64,000 bases of DNA, taken from positions 160,001-224,000 of the forward strand of contig CAWBMV010000012.1 in assembly GCA_963789955.1 (NCBI GenBank), written 5' to 3'. A program made the translations under genes and the position numbers. The notes under the pieces were generated by a model, which had not been told where the DNA came from, ran no database searches, and saw only the letters and a list, made by a program, of their open reading frames with translations. Shown piece by piece: positions 52,087-62,773 of this stretch; the first letter of the stretch is position 1, and the number at the start of each line of letters is the position of its first letter. Source of the stretch: an uncultured Candidatus Rokubacteria bacterium. GTDB lineage: Bacteria; Methylomirabilota; Methylomirabilia; Rokubacteriales; CSP1-6.

Positions 52087-52757
52087 ATGCCCGGGTGTCC
52101 CGCCGGGGCCTGGTCAGGCGGGGCGGCGGCGCGCGGCGCTTATGGAGCTGCGCGCGGTGGGCTCGCGGGCGCGGCCCCGGCGGAGATCAAGGTGCCCGAG
52201 GACGCTCAGGCGAGACGTTCGACTTCGAGACGGACGGTCTTCCGGGCTGGACGTCGGCCATGGTCAGTGGGGGATCGAGGAGATGGTCGACGCGCCGAGC
52301 GGCAGGAAGGTGCTCGTGCAGCGCGCGACGCGGAATGCGTTCAACGTGATCGTGGCGCCGGTCGGGCCGTTCACCGACGTCGACGTGACGGTGCAGTTCT
52401 ATCCGATCTCCGGCCGGGAAGGACGTGTCGGGCGGCATCGTGTTCCGCTTCGCGGACGGTAAGTACTACGTCCTCCGCGCGAATGCGCTCGAGGACAACT
52501 TTCGCCTGTACGCCTACGACGGCGCGCGCCGCGAGCTGGCGGGCGGCGCCGGTGAAGCCGCCGCCGCTCGGGCAGTGGCACAGGGTTCGTGTCGTCGTCG
52601 GCGGCGACCACGTTCAGGGGTGGCTCGACGGAAGGGGTTGCTCGACCATCGGGATGCGCGTTTCAAGTCCGGGCGCGTGGGGCTGTGGACGAAGGCCGAT
52701 TCGATCACGGCGTTTGACGACCTCCATGTTCGTGGTGCGAAAGGGAGCGGCCAATGA
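52087..52757 (+). CDS. Exported concanavalin-A/DUF1080-like beta-sandwich protein, frameshifted; start approximate
   Basis: SRRGLV Tat-like N-terminus; GGIVFRFADGKYYVLRANALEDNFRLY; QWHRVRV; GRVGLWTKADSITAFDDL. Confidence 0.65.
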
Positions 52758-53647
52758 AATACGCGATCGTCCTGTTCGGTCTCTTCGTGCTCGGCGCCGT
52801 GCCGATCGTGGCGCGTGCCGCCGACCCCGACTGGAAAGCGGTGGAACAGGCGCTCGGCAAGCCGGGCCAGCTACAGCCCGGCGATGTCTTCCGGGTCGGC
52901 ATGCCTCGCGCCGACCTTGCGGTCACCGTCAAGGGTGTCCCCATCAAGGCGGGATTTGCCCTGGGATCCTATGCAGCCTTCAAGCAGACGGGCGACCACG
53001 CGATGGTCATGGGCGATCTCGTCCTGCTCGATCAGGAAGTGCCCGCGGTGATGTCCGGCCTCTTAGGCGGCGGGCTCGAGGTCACCGCGGTGCACAACCA
53101 CCTGAACGAGATGACGCCACACGTCATGTACATGCACTACGAAGGCCACGGCGACGCGATCCAGCTGGCGAAGGCGTTGCGTCAGGCCTTGTCGGCTAGT
53201 GGGACGCCCCTGGGCGTCGCGCCGGCGGCCGCGGCGGCCGGCGGGCCTGTCCTCGACACGAAGCCGATCGAGCAGGCGCTCGGCCGTCAAGGGCGCGACA
53301 TCGGCGGCGGCGTCTACCAGATCACCGTCCCCCGCACGGAAGCCATCACCGAGATGGGGCAGCCGTTGTTGCCTGCCATGGGCGTGGTGACGGTGATGAA
53401 CTTCCAGCCGACGGCGGACGGCAAGGCGGCGATCACCGGGGACTTCGTGCTCGTCGACAAGGAAGTGAACGCCGTCGCGAAGACGTTGCGCCAGCACGGG
53501 ATCGACGTGACCGCGATCCACAACCATGGGCTCATGGACACGCCGCGGCTCTTCGACACGGACTTCTGGGGCGACGACGACCCGGCGAAGCTCGCCGTGG
53601 GCTTGAAGGCCGCGCTCGACCAGACCAACAGCGTCAAGGCGAAGTAG
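52754..53647 (+). CDS. DUF1259 (LppY/LpqO-like) tandem-domain exported protein
   Basis: Signal peptide; two repeats with GD(L/F)VL and TA(V/I)HNH motifs. Confidence 0.88.
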   Translation: MKYAIVLFGLFVLGAVPIVARAADPDWKAVEQALGKPGQLQPGDVFRVGMPRADLAVTVKGVPIKAGFALGSYAAFKQTGDHAMVMGDLVLLDQEVPAVMSGLLGGGLEVTAVHNHLNEMTPHVMYMHYEGHGDAIQLAKALRQALSASGTPLGVAPAAAAAGGPVLDTKPIEQALGRQGRDIGGGVYQITVPRTEAITEMGQPLLPAMGVVTVMNFQPTADGKAAITGDFVLVDKEVNAVAKTLRQHGIDVTAIHNHGLMDTPRLFDTDFWGDDDPAKLAVGLKAALDQTNSVKAK

Positions 53648-53661
53648 GAAAGGAGATCGCG

Positions 53662-54087
53662 ATGAAATGGGTGACTCGTGAAAAGGCGCGTGTCGACCGC
53701 ATCGCCTGTCCGTGGCTGATCACGCGGTTCATCGATGAGAACCCGACGTTCCTCTTCGTGCCGGCGAACCAGGTCATGACGGTTGCCGAGCGTGAAGGGG
53801 CCATCCCCTACGACGTTCCGGGGGTGGAGCTCGGACACGCCGGCGACCGTTGCTCCTTCGATGCGTTCCTGGGGAAGCACAAGCTGGATGACCCGGCGCT
53901 CCGTGCGCTTGCCCTCATCGTGCGAGGCGCGGACACCGACGCGCGCCAGCTGACGCCGGAGTCGTGGGGACTCTACGCGGCCGCGACCGGCTTCCAGGCC
54001 ATCGCCCGAGACGACTTCGACAACATGGCGCGGCAGTTCCCCATGTACGACGCGCTCTACGCCTATTGCCGTTCCGGGAAGCACTAG
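53662..54087 (+). CDS. Stand-alone chromate-resistance (ChrB C-terminal / ChrF-like) protein
   Basis: MKWVTREKARVDRIACPWLITRFID, HAGDRCSFDAF, IVRGADT, YDALYAYC; RBS AAGGAG. Confidence 0.88.
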   Translation: MKWVTREKARVDRIACPWLITRFIDENPTFLFVPANQVMTVAEREGAIPYDVPGVELGHAGDRCSFDAFLGKHKLDDPALRALALIVRGADTDARQLTPESWGLYAAATGFQAIARDDFDNMARQFPMYDALYAYCRSGKH

Positions 54088-54101
54088 GACCCGGCGGCGC
54101 C

Positions 54102-55026
54102 ATGCTGGAATTGCTCGGTCACGTCGACCTTCCGGCGCACGCCAGCGAGGGCGGGTTCGACCACGCGGCCATCCACGGAGCCCGTGGCGTCTACGTGGCC
54201 CACACCGCCAACGACGCGCTCGACGTGATCGACTGCGCCACCCGGAGCTACGCGCGCTCCGTCCCCGGTCTGGCCGGCGTGGCGGGCGCGCTCGTGTCCG
54301 AGGAGCACGACCTGGTGTTCACGTCGAACCGGGGTGAAGACACCGTCGGCATCATCGACCCGGCCCGCGACGAGGTGATCGCGAAGATCGAGGTCGGCCT
54401 CCGACCGAATGGTCTCGCCTACGATCCCGGGCGCCGCCTTCTCCTGGCCGCCAACGTCGGTGATCCCTCGCGGGCGGGGTCGTGCACCGTGTCGATGGTC
54501 GACGTCGCGCGCTGCGCGGTGGTCGCCGACGTGCCCGTCTCCGGCCGGGACGCGCTGGGCGATCTTCGACCCCGACGCGGAGTGCTTCTACGTCAACATC
54601 GCCGATCCGCCGGAGATCGCCGTGGTCGACAGCGCCGACCCGACGCGGCTCGCCGCCTCGTTCCCGATGCGGGCGATGGGCCCTCATGGGCTGGACCTCG
54701 ATCCGGCAACGCGGCGTCTCTTCTGCGCGTGCGACGGCAAGACGCTGCTCGTGGTCGATGCGCAGTCGGGCGCCGTGCAGAGCGAGCATGCGATCAGCGG
54801 CGTGCCGGACGTCGTGTTCCGTAACGACGCCCGCAAGCATCTCTACGTCGCGATCGGTGATCGCGGAGTCATCGACGTCTTCGACACTGAGACGATGCGC
54901 CGCCTTGCAAGTGTTCCGACGGAGCGCGGCGCGCACACGATCGGCTTCGACGCGGCCCGCAACACCGTGTACGCCTTCCTGCCGGACACGCATCGGGCGG
55001 CGATCTACCGAGACCCGCCGGGTTAG
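54102..55026 (+). CDS. YncE/YVTN-type beta-propeller protein, frameshift near 54550
   Basis: GFDHAA, YVAHTAND, FTSNRGEDTV, PNGLAYDP, GPHGLDLDP, GAHTIGFD. Confidence 0.8.
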
Positions 55027-55032
55027 GAGACC

Positions 55033-58000
55033 ATGGCCTGCGTCTGCCCGTCGTGCGGAGCCAGTAACCCTCTCGAGAAGCAAGTTCTGCGGCCAGTGTG
55101 CGGCGCCTCTCGACCAGGCCGCGCGGCGGCGCTTCGCTGCCCCCGAGTCCTACATCCCGAAGCACCTCGCCGAGAAGATCCTGACATCCAGGACCGCGCT
55201 CGAAGGCGAGCGCAAGCAGGTGACGGTCCTGTTCGCGGATCTCAAGGGGTCCATGGAGCTTCTCGCCGACCGCGATCCCGAGGAAGCGCGCGGGATCCTC
55301 GATCCGATTCTCGAACAGATGATGGAAGCGGTGCACTGCTACGAGGGCACCGTCAACCAGGTGATGGGCGACGGAATCATGGCGCTCTTCGGCGCGCCCG
55401 TGGCCCACGAGGATCATGCGGTGCGGGCCTGTTACACGGCGCTGCGAATGCAGGAGTCCGTCAAGCGGTACGGTGAGAACCTGCGCCGTCAGGAAGGCGT
55501 CCTGCCGCAGATTCGAGTCGGTCTGAACTCCGGCGCGTGCCCGCCGGTGCGCTCCATCGGGAGTGACCTGCACATCGACTACACGGCCGTCGGGGAGACG
55601 ACCGATCTGGCCGCTCGCGTCGAGCAGGCCGCGGCGCCGGCGTCGGTGCTGATCACCGCGGCAACGCTCCAGCTGGCAGAGGGCGACGCGGAGGTCACGC
55701 CCCTCGGCCCGGTGAACGTCAAGGGACGGACCAAGCCGGTCGACGTCTACGAGCTGACCGGCGCCGAAACGGCGCGCTCCCGCTTTCAAGTGCTGGCCGG
55801 CCGGCGGTCTCACGAAGTTCGTCGGCCGAGCCGGGCGAGATCGAGCGGCTCGGCACTGTGCTCGAGCAGAGCCGAGCCGGGCACGGTCAGGTCGTCGCCC
55901 TGGTCGGCGAGCCGGGGGTGGGGAAGTCGCGCCTGATCTGGGAAGCGACCCGCTCGGCCTGGTCGGACGGCTGGCTGGTGCTGGAGAGCGGGGGCCGTGG
56001 CCCACCGATACCGTGTCCTCCTACGGGCCGGCTATCGACCTGCTCGAGCGGTACTGTCGGGTCGAGACTCGTGACGATGCCTCAACTGTTCCGGGAGAAG
56101 GTGACCGGGCGGCTGCTCGGGCTGGATCGGGCGCTTCGAGCCGACCCTACCGGCCTTGCTCGCCCTGTTGGATCTGCATCTGTTGACGATGCCGCCTGGG
56201 ACGCCTTGGACCCCGCCACGGCGCCGCGACCGAACGCTGGGCGGCGCTCAAACGGCCTGGTGCTCCGGCAGAGCCAGGAGGCGCCGCTGCTGCTCGTCTT
56301 CGAGGATCTCCACTGGATCGACGGCGAGACCCAGGCCCTGCTGGACTCGCTGGTGGAGAGCCTCCCCGGCGGCTCGCTTGCTGCTGCTCGTCATCGTATC
56401 GTCCCGAGTATACCTCCATCACTGGGGCCCGGAAAACGTACTACGGCCAGCTTCACGTTCGGGGCCCTGCCGAGCGAGCGAGCCGACGAGCTCCTGCGGA
56501 GCTCTCCTCGGCGACAATGTCTCGCCCTGCACGCGCTGCGGCGGCACCTGGTCCGCAAGGGCCGGAAGGGAATCCGCTGTTCCCTCGAAGAGTGTGTCCG
56601 CAGCCTTGCCGATCCCGGCAGCCTGGATCGGCGAGCGCGGCGCCTATCGCTCCAGGCCCGGCCCATCGACGCGATTCGAGGTGCCGGACACCGGTGCAGG
56701 ACGGTCCTGAGCCGCGCGCATCGACCGCCTGGACCTGCGGAGACGAAGCGGCTGCTCCATCTTGCGGCAGTGATCGGCAAGGATGTGCCGTTCGCGTTGC
56801 TCCGGGCCATCGTGGACGTGCCGGACGAGGCGCTGCACGACCTCGCTCTCCCGCATCCTGGCCGCCGAGCTGATCTACGAGGCGCGCCTGCTCCCGGAGC
56901 TGGGTGTACACCGTTCAAGCACGCGCTCACGCACGAGGTGGCGTACGGAAGCTTGCTCCAGGATCGACGGCGCGCCCTCCACGCCCGTATCGTGGAGGCG
57001 ATGGAGCGACTCTATGCGGATCGGCTGTCCCAGCATGTCGAGCGGCTCGCATACCACGCCCTCAAGGGAGAAGTGTGGGACAGAGCGGTCACGTACCTCC
57101 GCGAGGTCGGCATGCGAGCGGCGATGCGCTCGGCGTACGGCGAGTGGCTGACCTCGTTCGACGAGGCGTTTCGGGCCCTCGGACACTTGCCCGACAGTCT
57201 CGACGCCAAGGCCCTGGCCATCGATCTCCGGCTCGACTCGCGGGTGGTCCTCGCTCCTCTAGGCCAGTACGACCGCATCCTGAGTTACATGCGTGAAGCC
57301 GAAGTCCTGGCGCGAGCGCTTGGCGATCGGCGCCGGCTTGGGCTCGTCCTCTCCGACATGGGCGCGCGTCTGCGCAACGTCGGCGACCATCGACGCGCCC
57401 TCGAGGCGAGCCGGCAGGCACTCGACATCGCGGGCGAGCTCGGAGATCAGGGTCTCCAGATCGAAGCGAAGTATCGGCTGGCTCAGGCGCACTTTGCCGG
57501 CGGCGACCTCCGGCAGGCGACGTCTCTCTTCCTCGAGACCATCCAGGCTTTCGCGGACCAGCGCGGAGCGCTCGAGCTCCACGCGCGAGATTCCGCGCCC
57601 TACCCGGGCGCGCTACCGAGCTTTTTCGAAAGCGTGGCCGCACGCGTGGCTCGCGTACCTGTTTTCCTATGGATGGTTCGGCGCGCGCTCTACATGCGGA
57701 ACAGGCCATGCAGTATCGCCGAGCGGGCGAACTATTTGCAGACCGTGATCGAGTCATACGGCGCACTGGAGGCGTGAAGCTGGACCAGGTGACCTGGACA
57801 CCGTGCAGCGCGTCGAGCGCGGGTCGTCCTTCTGCGCACGGGAAGTGACGGTGACGCGATCCGCTGTCGCAGGGCTATGTGCAGACCTCGCGGCGTCGAC
57901 CGAAAGTCTGCCACTCCTCGAGCAGGCGGATCGAAGCGAAGTGTCGATCAGCGCGATGGGCCTGGGCCTTGCCGTGCGCATGAGCCGTCTGGCCGAAGCG

Positions 58001-58368
58001 TATTTTCGGTTCGGCCGTGCCAGGAGGCTCTGCACGCGCTCGAAGCGCGGTGGAGCTGTCGAGGAAGCATCAGGAACGGCAGCCAATGAGGCTCTGGCGC
58101 TCCGAGTCCTCGCCGAGATCACGGCTCTTCCGGCGATTCGACCGACGCGCTCGGCGCTGAAAGCACTACGCGGCAGTCTAGCGCTGGCTGAGGAGCTCGG
58201 TATGCGCCCGCTCGTGGCGCATTGCCATCTGAGCCTGGCAAGCTCTACCGTCGCATCGGCCAACGGGCGAAGGCGGAGGACACCTGCAGACTCGCGCTGG
58301 TGATGTACCGCGAGATGGACATGGCGTTCTGGCGGGAACAGGTGGAGGCGAAGGTGCAGCGCCTGTGA
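55033..58368 (+). CDS. Zn-ribbon, class III adenylate/guanylate cyclase, AAA/STAND ATPase and TPR protein, many frameshifts
   Basis: CPSC...FCGQC; ERKQVTVLFADLKGS; GDGIMALFGAP; GEPGVGKSRL; LVFEDLHWID; FKHALTHEVAY; TPR tail ending ELGMRPLVAHCHL...MYREMDMAFW. Confidence 0.88.
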
Positions 58369-58369
58369 G

Positions 58370-59173
58370 ACTGTTCACTTCGAGAGACTGCGGGCCGTAT
58401 CGCGGCGCCCGGTCCTGCGCGCCGAGATAGCTGCCGACCAGGATCAGCACGGCCACCATGTCGACGGCGCCGCCGACGCCCCACATGACCAGGCCGCCGA
58501 GCGACTGGTCCTCCGCGCTCGGATAGGCGCGGTACCACGCCTCGCGGCTCATCGTGAGGAGCAGGCCGAGGAGCGAGCCCTGCAGGGCCGCGAGCACGAG
58601 ATAGCCCACGCGGATCGCCGTAGCCCGCCGGCGGCCGCAGCCGCGGCGCCGGCTGGATGATCGGCCACCAGAACAGCACGGCCGTGCCGAAGAAGACCAG
58701 GTGCTCCACGTCGTGGACGACGCGATCAGCTACGGCCGCGTCGTATGCGCGCGGCAGATGCCAGAGCCAGACCGCGGCCACGTGCGCGAGCCACGCGACC
58801 GAGACGGCGGTGAGCCCGCGCCACAGCGCGCGCAGCGGCGTCCCCACGCGGAGCAGGTGCCCGGCGCGCAGGCGAACCGGCGCCGGTAGCGCCCAGCAAA
58901 GCGCCGCGAAAGGGTCAGCCAGGAGCAGGAGGGGCACGGCGCCGGCGATCAGCAGGAGATGCTGGCACCATGTGAGCCGCAAAGCTCCGCGTGCGCCAGC
59001 CGGTCGAGCGGCGCCGAGAGCGCGACGAGCACGCCGAGCAATCCGCCCGCTGACGCGGCGACGCGCCACTCCGAGACCATGCCGCCGCGCCGCCGCAGCC
59101 GCCACCAGCCGACGGCGGAGGCGCCCGCCACGATCAGAACGATCGCGGCGACTTCGGGGCGAACGATCGTCAT
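58370..59173 (-). CDS. ctaG: Cytochrome c oxidase assembly factor, Caa3_CtaG family, frameshifted; 3' end approximate
   Basis: HMxQHLLL, WLWHLPRAYD, HDVEH, LFWWP, EDQSLGGLVMW. Confidence 0.82.
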
Positions 59174-59178
59174 CAGCG

Positions 59179-59283
59179 CTACGTGATCCCCAGGAGACTC
59201 GCGAAGGCGTTGAACAGGAGTCCGAGGATCAGCGTGAAGAGATTCAGCAGCGCCAGCGGGATCAGGACGTGCTCGGCCCTCAT
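59179..59283 (-). CDS. 34-aa single-TM hypothetical protein in the cbb3 operon
   Basis: Manual translation MRAEHVLIPLALLNLFTLILGLLFNAFASLLGIT*; RBS AGGAGCAGGAC; fills the gap between its neighbours. Confidence 0.6.
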   Translation of the reverse strand: MRAEHVLIPLALLNLFTLILGLLFNAFASLLGIT

Positions 59284-59292
59284 GTCCTGCTC

Positions 59293-59488
59293 CTAGCGGC
59301 TCGACGCCCAGGCCGGGTCCGAGCCCGCCCCAGAACTTGACGAGATAGTAGACGCCCCACACGGCGAGGATCGCGTAGACGACCAGGAGCCACTTGTTGA
59401 CGATGCCGCGATAGACGCGGATCTCGCCCTGCGCGTAGGGCTCGACCTCACCGAACTTCGGGTGATGCTCAGGCGTCCGTTCGCTCAT
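59293..59488 (-). CDS. Small single-TM protein resembling the CcoP/FixP N-terminal segment
   Basis: MSERTPEHHPKFGEVEPYAQGEIRVYRGIVNKWLLVVYAILAVWGVYYLVKFWGG; ATGA overlap with the upstream gene; stop probably displaced by an indel. Confidence 0.6.
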
Positions 59489-59637
59489 CCAATCCCCTCC
59501 ACGTGGAGCACCTGATGCTTGATCCTCTCGACGCCGCGAAACGCGCCGCTCGCGGCGCCCCAGACGAAGGCGCACACGGCCGCGAGACTCATCAGCAGCG
59601 CGACCGCGAACGCGCCGAGCGTCAGGTGCTCGATCAT
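59485..59637 (-). CDS. ccoS: cbb3-type oxidase maturation protein, CcoS/FixS-like (50 aa)
   Basis: Manual translation MIEHLTLGAFAVALLMSLAAVCAFVWGAASGAFRGVERIKHQVLHVEGIG*; FxWxxxSGxF motif; ATGA-coupled on both sides. Confidence 0.7.
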   Translation of the reverse strand: MIEHLTLGAFAVALLMSLAAVCAFVWGAASGAFRGVERIKHQVLHVEGIG

Positions 59638-61281
59638 TCGCGAATTCCAGGATACCGGGTCCGCGACTCGGCTGCTCCGTCGCGACGGGCTCGGCCGCGC
59701 GGGATCGAGGGCCAGGCGCGGATGGTCGGCGGCGACGTCCGGCGAGTCGAGCGCGCGCGCGCGGGGCCGGCAGGTCGAGCTTCTCGCCCGTCAACGGATC
59801 CGCCCAGGCCGAGAGCGAGAGCACGTAGTACGAGATCGCCCAGCGCTCTCGTCGCTCATCGAGTCGGCGAACGAGGGCATCGGCGAGCCGTCGAGCCCGA
59901 GGGTCATGGTGCGGAAGACGTCGCGGACGGCGGGCCCGCTCTTGAACTGGCCGCGCGTGAAATCGGTCGGGCGGATCGGGAACTCAGGTCGTCGCGTCAG
60001 CTGCGCCGCCGACGGGCCGTCACCCTTGCCGTCCTCGCCGTGACACTGGAAGCAGTTGGCCGCGCGGTAGAGATCCTTGCCGCGCGCGACGAGCTCGGTC
60101 GTGGCCGTGGGCGGGTCGTTGATCGCGGTCGCCGGCTCGGCGTGTTCGTCCTTCCAGCGGCCCGAGAAGGTCTTGATGAACGCGACGACGGCAAGGCGCT
60201 CCTTGTCCGGCAGCTCATGCCACGTGGGCATCGCGGTCCAGCGGACGCCGCGCGTGACCGTGCGGTACAGGTCTCCATCGGTCGGCAGCGAGCCCGAGGG
60301 CGTCGTGCGGAACTTGAAGACGCCGGGGGCGAAGTTGCGAGGACGGGGAGAGAGGAAGGTCGCGGCCAGGCCGTTGCCGTCGCCACTCTTGCCGTGACAG
60401 CCGACGCACCGGGAGTGGTAGACCTCGCGGCCGAGCGCCAGGAGATCCGGGCTGCTCGGAATGCTCATGACTGAGACGCCGACCATCTGCGGCTCGAACA
60501 CCTCGCGCCAGGCGCCGCGGTTGGTGCCGAGCTTCTGGAGGTAGCGGACCAACCCGACCAGCTCGTGCGTGGGAAAGACGAGGGTGATCGACACGAGCGC
60601 GGGGGCCGATCGCCAAAGCCCTTGAGGTCGATGACGGGCGTGCCGTCGAGCGGCCATCGAGCCGTTCGGCCGGGGGCGCCACGAACGTGATCCCGTCGGC
60701 GTTGGGGTAGAGACGGAATCGACGTTTCGGCCTTCATCGTGAAGTACGCCCGCAGCTCCGGAGATGGCGCGAGCGTCGGCGCCGCGTCGGCATTGTCGCA
60801 GGGGCACGCGCAGCCGCGTGTAGAGCCACTTGAAGCTCGGCATGATCGAGTCCGGCACGACCAGGCGCGGATCCCAGTGATGCGCGTAGTGCCAGTCGTC
60901 GCCGTACTTGAGCCCGACACGCGTCAGGTCGGGGCCGATCCGTCGCGTGGAGAAAAGGTGCGGAAGGTCGAACGCGTACTCGCCGGCCTCGGAGACCGGC
61001 CCCCAGCGCAGGTCTTCGCCGGCCACGGGCCGCACGTACTGGCTGTGGCAGTACCAGCAGCCCTCGCGGATGTAGACGCTGCGACCGACGCGCTCGAGCG
61101 CCGTGTAGTCCGAGGCGTCGTAGCGCACCCACTTCACGTCGCCCGCGTCCGTCCGCACCGCGCGGCTCACCTGCGTGGAACGCGATTCCGGGATCATCGC
61201 CGGCAGAAAGCCCTGGACGAACATCGCCAGCGTCACGAAGAAGAAGCCGGCGCCGACCGCGAGCGAGCCGATCGATCTCAT
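59634..61281 (-). CDS. ccoO: cbb3-type oxidase subunit II (CcoO) fused to two further cytochrome c domains, frameshifted
   Basis: GRSVYIREGCWYCHSQYVRP, RIGPDL, PDSIMP, then CVGCH...AMP and CFQCH...PMP. Confidence 0.87.
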
Positions 61282-62683
61282 GGCGGCCCGGCGACGTCAT
61301 GCCGGCCGCCGGCGAGCGACGTCTTCATGAGGGTGTAGACCAGCAGCGACACGCCGACGTCCATGGCGATGCCGGTCAGGCTCCGTACCCACCAGTAGGG
61401 CCGGATCGCGTTGATCGAGTGCACCCATTCGGTACCGGCCATCAGCATGAAGCCCTGCTGCAGCCCCTGCGCGGCCAGCACGAGCACCATCGCCGCGATG
61501 CCCAGGGTGACGAGCCAGAATCCCCAGTTGGCGGCGCGGAAGCTCCACAGCGGAGCGTCGCCGGCGAGCCGCGGCCAGACGTACATGGTGCCGGCGATCG
61601 CCCACACGACGAACGTGCCGAAGATCGTGAGATGCGAGTGCGAGATGACGAAGTCGGTGAAGTGCGTGGGCTGCTGGACCGAGCGGAGCGCCTCCAGCGA
61701 GCCCTGGAAGCAGCCGACCAGGTACATGAGCGAGCCGACGATCAGGAACTTCGCCGGCAGGTTCGCCCGAGAACTCCGGCCACCGGCCGATCATCGTGCC
61801 GAAGAAGTTCTGGAGCACGGTCCACACGGGGATGATCAGCATCATCGACGAGACGATCGCGATCGTCTCCGCCCAGTCGGCGATCGGCGAGTAGAGATAG
61901 TGGTGGATGCCGACGAACGGATAGAAGAACGCGAGCGACCAGAAGCCGATCAGCGAGAGCCGGTGGCTGTAGATCGGGTTCTTCACGCTGGCCGGCAGGA
62001 AGTAGTAGATCAGGACGTAGCCGGCGGGCGTGATCCAGAGGCCGACGACGTAGTGGATGAAGAGCCCGTGCCACGCCGCGTTGTTGATGCCGGGGATGTG
62101 AGAGGGGCCGAGCATGAGCAGCACCAGGTTCACGTCGGTCCACACGAACGCGGCGATCAGGTACCAGAGCGAGACGTAGAGCGGCCGGTCCCGGCGCTGC
62201 TTGATCGTCATCAGGAACTGCAGGGTGAGGAACGAGCAGCGCCACGAACGTCACGACCACGTTGATCAGCGGGAACTCTCCGGCCTCCCAGCCCCGGTTC
62301 CAGCCGAGGGCCAGCAGCACCACGATCGCCGCCTGGTTCAGGTTCCAGATCCACAAGCAGACCGCTGGCTCCAGCGCTCGCCCCAGATGCGCACGCCGGT
62401 AGAGGCGGGGCACGATGTAGTAGCAGAGCCCGATGAAGAGCGTGGAGAAGGCGCCCCAGATGACCCCGTTCACGTGCATCGGGCGCAGCCGGCCGAACGT
62501 GAGCCACGCGGTGTCGCCGAGGAACTCCGGATAGTTGAACTTGGTCGAGATGAACGCGCCGATCGTGGGAAAGAAGAGCAGCCAGCCGAGCCCCCAGGCC
62601 AGCCACGCGCGGATCAGAGCGGTGTCGATCAGCTCGTCGTTTCGCGACACGGCTTCGCGCTGCGCGGCTTCGGTGGCAGTCAT
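61278..62683 (-). CDS. ccoN: cbb3-type (C-family) heme-copper oxidase subunit I, divergent, frameshifted
   Basis: FGRLRPMHVNG, LYVSLWY, FIHYVVG, YYFLP, IYSHRLS, FYPFVGIHH, HFTDFVISHSH. Confidence 0.9.
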
Positions 62684-62773
62684 GCAGGTCTCCGGGGAGG
62701 ATAGCGCGGTCGCCCGCTTATCGGGCCCTCAGAGTAGCGTGTTCGGCTAGAATCCGGGTCAAGGAGAGGCATC

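Noticed and set aside
58178..58369. Extended ctaG C-terminus overlapping the cyclase gene by about 190 nt
   Set aside because: The tail is low-information antisense sequence; a missed stop from an indel is more likely than a real overlap.
62684..62773. FNR/Anr box upstream of ccoN
   Set aside because: No TTGAT-N4-ATCAA match is visible.
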